Assembly: GCA_965195345.1 (NCBI GenBank)
Contig: OZ239628.1
Span: 1,376,001-1,440,000 of the forward strand
DNA length: 64,000 bases
Reading direction: 5' to 3'
From: an uncultured Thiomicrospira sp.
GTDB taxonomy: Bacteria; Pseudomonadota; Gammaproteobacteria; CAKMZV01
In this document: positions 59,966 through 64,000 of the stretch, piece by piece
Layout: each line of letters starts with the position of its first letter
How positions within the stretch are numbered: the stretch's first letter is position 1
Translations under genes and position numbers: made by a program
Notes under the pieces: model-generated
What the model was told of the DNA's origin: nothing
The model's database searches: none
The model's input: the letters and a program-made list of their open reading frames with translations, nothing else

Positions 59966-61144
59966 ATGGAATCTAATTTAGAACTCTTTTTAGGGCTTTG
60001 TGTTGCAGGGCTAATCGGAACTTTATGGTTTTTCTCATTGCGCTATATCAGAGCATGTGAACATTTAAAACGCAAAGACGAGCAGATAAAACAACTTATC
60101 TCCGAGCAAGACAATGTTGAAAAAATCGCTCAAAAAGTAATAGAAGTAAACAGCGAAAAAACGACTGAAACCACAAAACAAAAACTTGCTGAAACCGTCA
60201 AACCATTACAGGAAGAGATGGGTAAACTGCAAAAACGCATCAATGAAATTAACGATATAGAGAACCTCCAACACGGCGAACTAAAGCAACAACTAGAGCA
60301 ACTACGCCAATTGAATCAGCAATTGAGCAGTGAAGCTACTAATTTATCACGCGCGCTTAAAGGCGATAACAAAACGCAAGGTCATTGGGGAGAAATGATC
60401 TTAGAAAGAGTGCTGGAATTGGCGGGTTTGCAAAAAAATCGCGAATACTTCTCTCAACAAAGCTTTTATGAAGATGGCAAAACAGTTATACCAGACACAA
60501 TTATCAAACTGCCGAGTAATCGACAAGTGATTATTGATGCCAAAGTCAGCTTAAAAAACTACGAACAAATGACCAGTTCAGAAGATGACAATCTCAAACA
60601 AGAAGCCTTGCAAGCACATGCGAAATCTATTGAGCGACACATTCAAAACTTAGCAGGAAAAGATTATGCTAATATAGGAGAACTTAACAGTTTAGATGCC
60701 GTATTGATGTTTATACCAATTGAAAGTGCGTGGCAACTTGCATTGAGTGTTCAACCTTCTTTATTTGACTTATCTCTAAAGAAAAAGATTCTCATTGTTA
60801 CACCTAGCTCTCTTTTCACTACTTTACGCATAATAGCGCAAAATTGGGAAATGGAGAGAAGAAACAAAAATGCAGAAGAAATTGCACAAGTTGGGGGCCG
60901 CTTGATTGATAAGCTGATTTCTTACAGTGAGGATTTGGAAAAAGTAGGTAAGCACATTGAAAGCGCTCACCGTAGCCAAGATGAGGCGTTAAAAAAACTA
61001 ACCACTGGCAGAGGAAATGCATTAAGCATAGCACGTCGCCTCAATAAAATGGGTGCGAATAATCGTAAAGAATTGCCCTTAGAAACGCATCTTGATGAAA
61101 CCAAAGTTGACGCGAAGGTTAAAGCAAAGATTGAAGAAGAATAA
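59966..61144 (+). CDS. rmuC: DNA recombination protein RmuC
   Basis: TM + coiled coil, KTQGHWGEMILERVLE, IIDAKVSL, MFIPIE, VTPSSL. Confidence 0.95.
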   Translation: MESNLELFLGLCVAGLIGTLWFFSLRYIRACEHLKRKDEQIKQLISEQDNVEKIAQKVIEVNSEKTTETTKQKLAETVKPLQEEMGKLQKRINEINDIENLQHGELKQQLEQLRQLNQQLSSEATNLSRALKGDNKTQGHWGEMILERVLELAGLQKNREYFSQQSFYEDGKTVIPDTIIKLPSNRQVIIDAKVSLKNYEQMTSSEDDNLKQEALQAHAKSIERHIQNLAGKDYANIGELNSLDAVLMFIPIESAWQLALSVQPSLFDLSLKKKILIVTPSSLFTTLRIIAQNWEMERRNKNAEEIAQVGGRLIDKLISYSEDLEKVGKHIESAHRSQDEALKKLTTGRGNALSIARRLNKMGANNRKELPLETHLDETKVDAKVKAKIEEE

Positions 61145-61240
61145 TTGTATATTCAACGCTCTGTAAACTTATTTTCTACTGTAGCTGCAAAAATTTGAAT
61201 TTTTTAATTTGGCGTTGAAGGCTGATTCAACCCATAGTGA

Positions 61241-63043
61241 TTAGGCACCTCGTTTGTGTCTCCTGCGCTCAGCCTCGGTCAAATACTTCTTCCTCAAACG
61301 AATGCTCTCGGGTGTAATCTCCAAATATTCATCTGATCCAATATAATCAATTGCTTGCTCTAGTGTCAACTTCCTTATAGGAACTAGGTTGATTGCATCA
61401 TCTTTTCCAGATGCACGAACGTTTGTGAGCTTTTTATTTTTAGTTGGGTTAACGGTTAAATCACTGCCTTTCAAATGTTCACCAATAATCATGCCTTCAT
61501 AAACAGGCATTGCGGGTCCGATAAACAAGGGCCCTCTTTCTTGCAAATTCCATAAACTATAAGCCATTGTTGCCCCGTTTTCTCCACAGATCATACTACC
61601 GACCTGTCTTTTTTCAATATCACCCTTATACGCTTCATAACTTTCAAAAGCAGATGACAAGATACCCTCACCCTTGGTTAACGTTGTAAATCGTGATTTA
61701 AAGCCTAAAAGACCTCTGGATGGCACTAAATATTCCATACTGGTTATGTCATTTTCTTCAATCAGACTCATCATTTCGCCTTTACGCGCTCCGAGCTCAG
61801 AAATGATATTACCAACCATTGATGTAGGCGCACTAATAGCAACTCGTTCAATAGGCTCATTCTTCACACCATTTTCTTCTCGAAAAATAACCTCAGGGGC
61901 GCCCACTTGTAATTCAAATTTTTCGCGGCGCATTGATTCAATCAATACCGCCAAATGCAACTCTCCACGCCCACTAACGATAAAACAATCGGGATTAGAA
62001 AAGTCAAAACGCATACCAACATTAATCTCTTCCTCTCTCTCAAGGCGTTCTCTTATTTGTCTGGAAGTAAGGAATGTACCGCTTTGCCCAGCAAAAGGAG
62101 AATCATTCACCATAATAGACATCTTAAGGGTTGGTTCATCTATCTGAATGACAGGCATTCTTTCAATACTGTTGTTAGCTGCAATGGTATCTCCAACATC
62201 GATACCACTAAGTCCTCCTAGAGTGACAATCTCCCCACTGGTTGCCATCTCCACCTTTTCCCGATGCAGTCCCTCTGTTATAAGAACTTCGGATATCTTT
62301 GCGCGTCTTTGTTCGCCCGCTTGATTAGTTACTGTTACTTCTTGTCCACGCTTCACGCTGCCCTCGTATAGACGTCCTACAGCCATTCGACCCAAAAAAT
62401 TATCATAGGCCAAGTTACTTACTTGCATGCGTAATGGCAAACTGGCATCGGTTTGTGCTTGTGGTACATGCTTAATGATCATTTCGAAAATTGGTTGAAC
62501 ATTATCTTCCAATTTATCGGCCTCATAACCAGCACGACCTTGCTTAGCAATGGAATAACAGATAGGAAAGTCCAGCTGTTCTTCGTCAGCTCCAAGTGTT
62601 ACGAATAAATCAAACAACGAGTCAACCACCCAATCACAGCGTGCAGAAGGTTTATCCACTTTATTGATCAATACAATCGGACGCAGCCCCAATTCAAGTG
62701 ATTTTGACAAGACAAATTTGGTTTGTGGCATAGGGCCTTCATACGCATCAACCACTAGTAAAACACTATCGACCATAAGTAAAACACGTTCTACTTCAGA
62801 ACCAAAATCGGCATGCCCAGGCGTATCAACAACATTAATTTTGCAATCGCCGACCATCAGTGAAGTATTCTTGGCATAAATAGTAATGCCGCGCTCTTTC
62901 TCTTGATCGAAAGAATCCATGACACGATTCTCAACAACTTGATTTGCGCGGAATGTTCCACTTTGTTGTAATAGAGCATCGACGAGGGTGGTTTTACCAT
63001 GATCAACATGTGCGATGATAGCAATATTGCGAAAATTATGCAT
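61241..63043 (-). CDS. typA: Ribosome-dependent GTPase TypA/BipA
   Basis: AHVDHGKTTLVD, DTPGHADF, GRGELHL, KKLTNVRASG, EITPESIRLRK. Confidence 0.96.
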   Translation of the reverse strand: MHNFRNIAIIAHVDHGKTTLVDALLQQSGTFRANQVVENRVMDSFDQEKERGITIYAKNTSLMVGDCKINVVDTPGHADFGSEVERVLLMVDSVLLVVDAYEGPMPQTKFVLSKSLELGLRPIVLINKVDKPSARCDWVVDSLFDLFVTLGADEEQLDFPICYSIAKQGRAGYEADKLEDNVQPIFEMIIKHVPQAQTDASLPLRMQVSNLAYDNFLGRMAVGRLYEGSVKRGQEVTVTNQAGEQRRAKISEVLITEGLHREKVEMATSGEIVTLGGLSGIDVGDTIAANNSIERMPVIQIDEPTLKMSIMVNDSPFAGQSGTFLTSRQIRERLEREEEINVGMRFDFSNPDCFIVSGRGELHLAVLIESMRREKFELQVGAPEVIFREENGVKNEPIERVAISAPTSMVGNIISELGARKGEMMSLIEENDITSMEYLVPSRGLLGFKSRFTTLTKGEGILSSAFESYEAYKGDIEKRQVGSMICGENGATMAYSLWNLQERGPLFIGPAMPVYEGMIIGEHLKGSDLTVNPTKNKKLTNVRASGKDDAINLVPIRKLTLEQAIDYIGSDEYLEITPESIRLRKKYLTEAERRRHKRGA

Positions 63044-63126
63044 TTGTTAAAGTGTATTAAGGTGTGTATTAAGTATATTTTAGGCGCGCGCATTATACGC
63101 CCCATCACACTTATCTAAGCCCCTAT

Positions 63127-64000
63127 TTATTGGCTTTTTTTTACTGATTGATAGATAGCAAACAAAGTTCCAGTCATTAACAATAGCATAAGAGAAGGAA
63201 GTGCGGCAGCTTCATATAATCCTTCTGAAGCTAAATTATAGATACGCACAGACAAAGTATCCCAACCAACAGGGCGAAGAATCAAGGTAATAGGCAGTTC
63301 TTTGACAAGATCAAGTGTTAGTAATAATAATCCTGTCCACAAACCACTGCGCAACACTGGAAAATAAAATCGTTTAAGCAAATCAAATTTTGATCGAGCA
63401 TAAATTAATGCAGCATTTTCCAGTGAAGGTGACATACTTTCCCAAGTTGCATTTAAAGGATTAAGCGCTAAGGGAATAAATCTTAAACAGTATGCCCATA
63501 CCAATAAAAACAGCCATGTAAAGGTATTTGCAGGCAATAGTAAAGCCATACTGAGCATAGCAATACCCAAAGTTGTTCCCGGTAGTGCATAGCCGGCAGA
63601 AAAAGTATCAACGATAAAACACACTGTCTTTGAATTGCTTTTGTGGCGTAAACTACTAAGAAGCAGGGCTAAACTTAGCACACAAAATATACCAACAACG
63701 CTTAAAGTTAAAGTATTAAGCGTCCAATCAAAAAAGCGGCTATCCAATGTGAATGTATCGAAACTCCAATATATAAGTTGTAGTAATGGGATAGCGAGAG
63801 AAATAACAATCCAGATGAAAGTCACAGAATAGAAAAACCATTTGTGCAGAGAGTTAATACTGGTAGTAGCAACCATCACTAATTGTCGATTATCAAATCG
63901 TTGATTGCCCCTGCCCCAACGTTCAAAAAAAACAAACAATAAAGCAAGTACTAACAAGTGCAGAGTCAAAATAATTGCTAATTGAATATTGCGATAATCT
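63127..64000 (-). CDS. Iron(III) ABC transporter permease (FbpB-like), C-terminal part; start lies beyond the window
   Basis: GYALPGT, EAA-like loop SLENAA, KELPITLILRP.GWDTL, AALPSL. Confidence 0.85.
   Translation of the reverse strand, partial: DYRNIQLAIILTLHLLVLALLFVFFERWGRGNQRFDNRQLVMVATTSINSLHKWFFYSVTFIWIVISLAIPLLQLIYWSFDTFTLDSRFFDWTLNTLTLSVVGIFCVLSLALLLSSLRHKSNSKTVCFIVDTFSAGYALPGTTLGIAMLSMALLLPANTFTWLFLLVWAYCLRFIPLALNPLNATWESMSPSLENAALIYARSKFDLLKRFYFPVLRSGLWTGLLLLTLDLVKELPITLILRPVGWDTLSVRIYNLASEGLYEAAALPSLMLLLMTGTLFAIYQSVKKSQ

Noticed and set aside
61674-62879. Plus-strand ORFs inside typA, and similar antisense ORFs elsewhere in the window
   Set aside because: They fully overlap well-supported genes on the opposite strand and lack recognisable protein features.

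Overview
AT-rich chromosome segment (roughly 35-40% GC by eye) of a probably marine gammaproteobacterium. The housekeeping backbone comprises gpmI-gpsA-secB-grxC-rhodanese, minC-like-ppiD-sodB-sppA-mnmA-fdx, hemCDXY, argH, aroQ-accBC, mnmG-rsmG-parAB, acpP-fabF-pabB-pabC-mltG-tmk-holB-tatD, rmuC and typA. Three accessory zones interrupt it. (1) About 3.0-8.4 kb: an integron-type cassette array with no integrase in the window and eroded attC sites. It carries a TIR gene coupled to an unrecognised 168-aa partner (the best candidate here for an undescribed anti-phage system), an Mrr nuclease and an inverted PD-(D/E)XK cassette. (2) About 33.4-37.4 kb: a decayed ICE (TIGR03747-, RAQPRD- and TIGR03750-like remnants) holding an intact MTase-SNase / wHTH / MjaI-like R-M module followed by an attC-like site, plus an IS3 scar. 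(3) About 37.5-47 kb and 54.8-59.7 kb: catabolic genes, including a BHMT + enolase-superfamily epimerase + StcD cluster (possible methyl-transfer route for proline betaine), an ALS-like + ALDH pair (possible 2-oxoglutarate shunt) and acuI-MBL-prpE. Also noted: a signal peptide fused to a lone DNA-ligase OB domain, and an archaeal-type purD flanked by 13-bp inverted repeats. No rRNA, tRNA or CRISPR array was seen. All family calls come from motif recognition by eye; no database searches were run.
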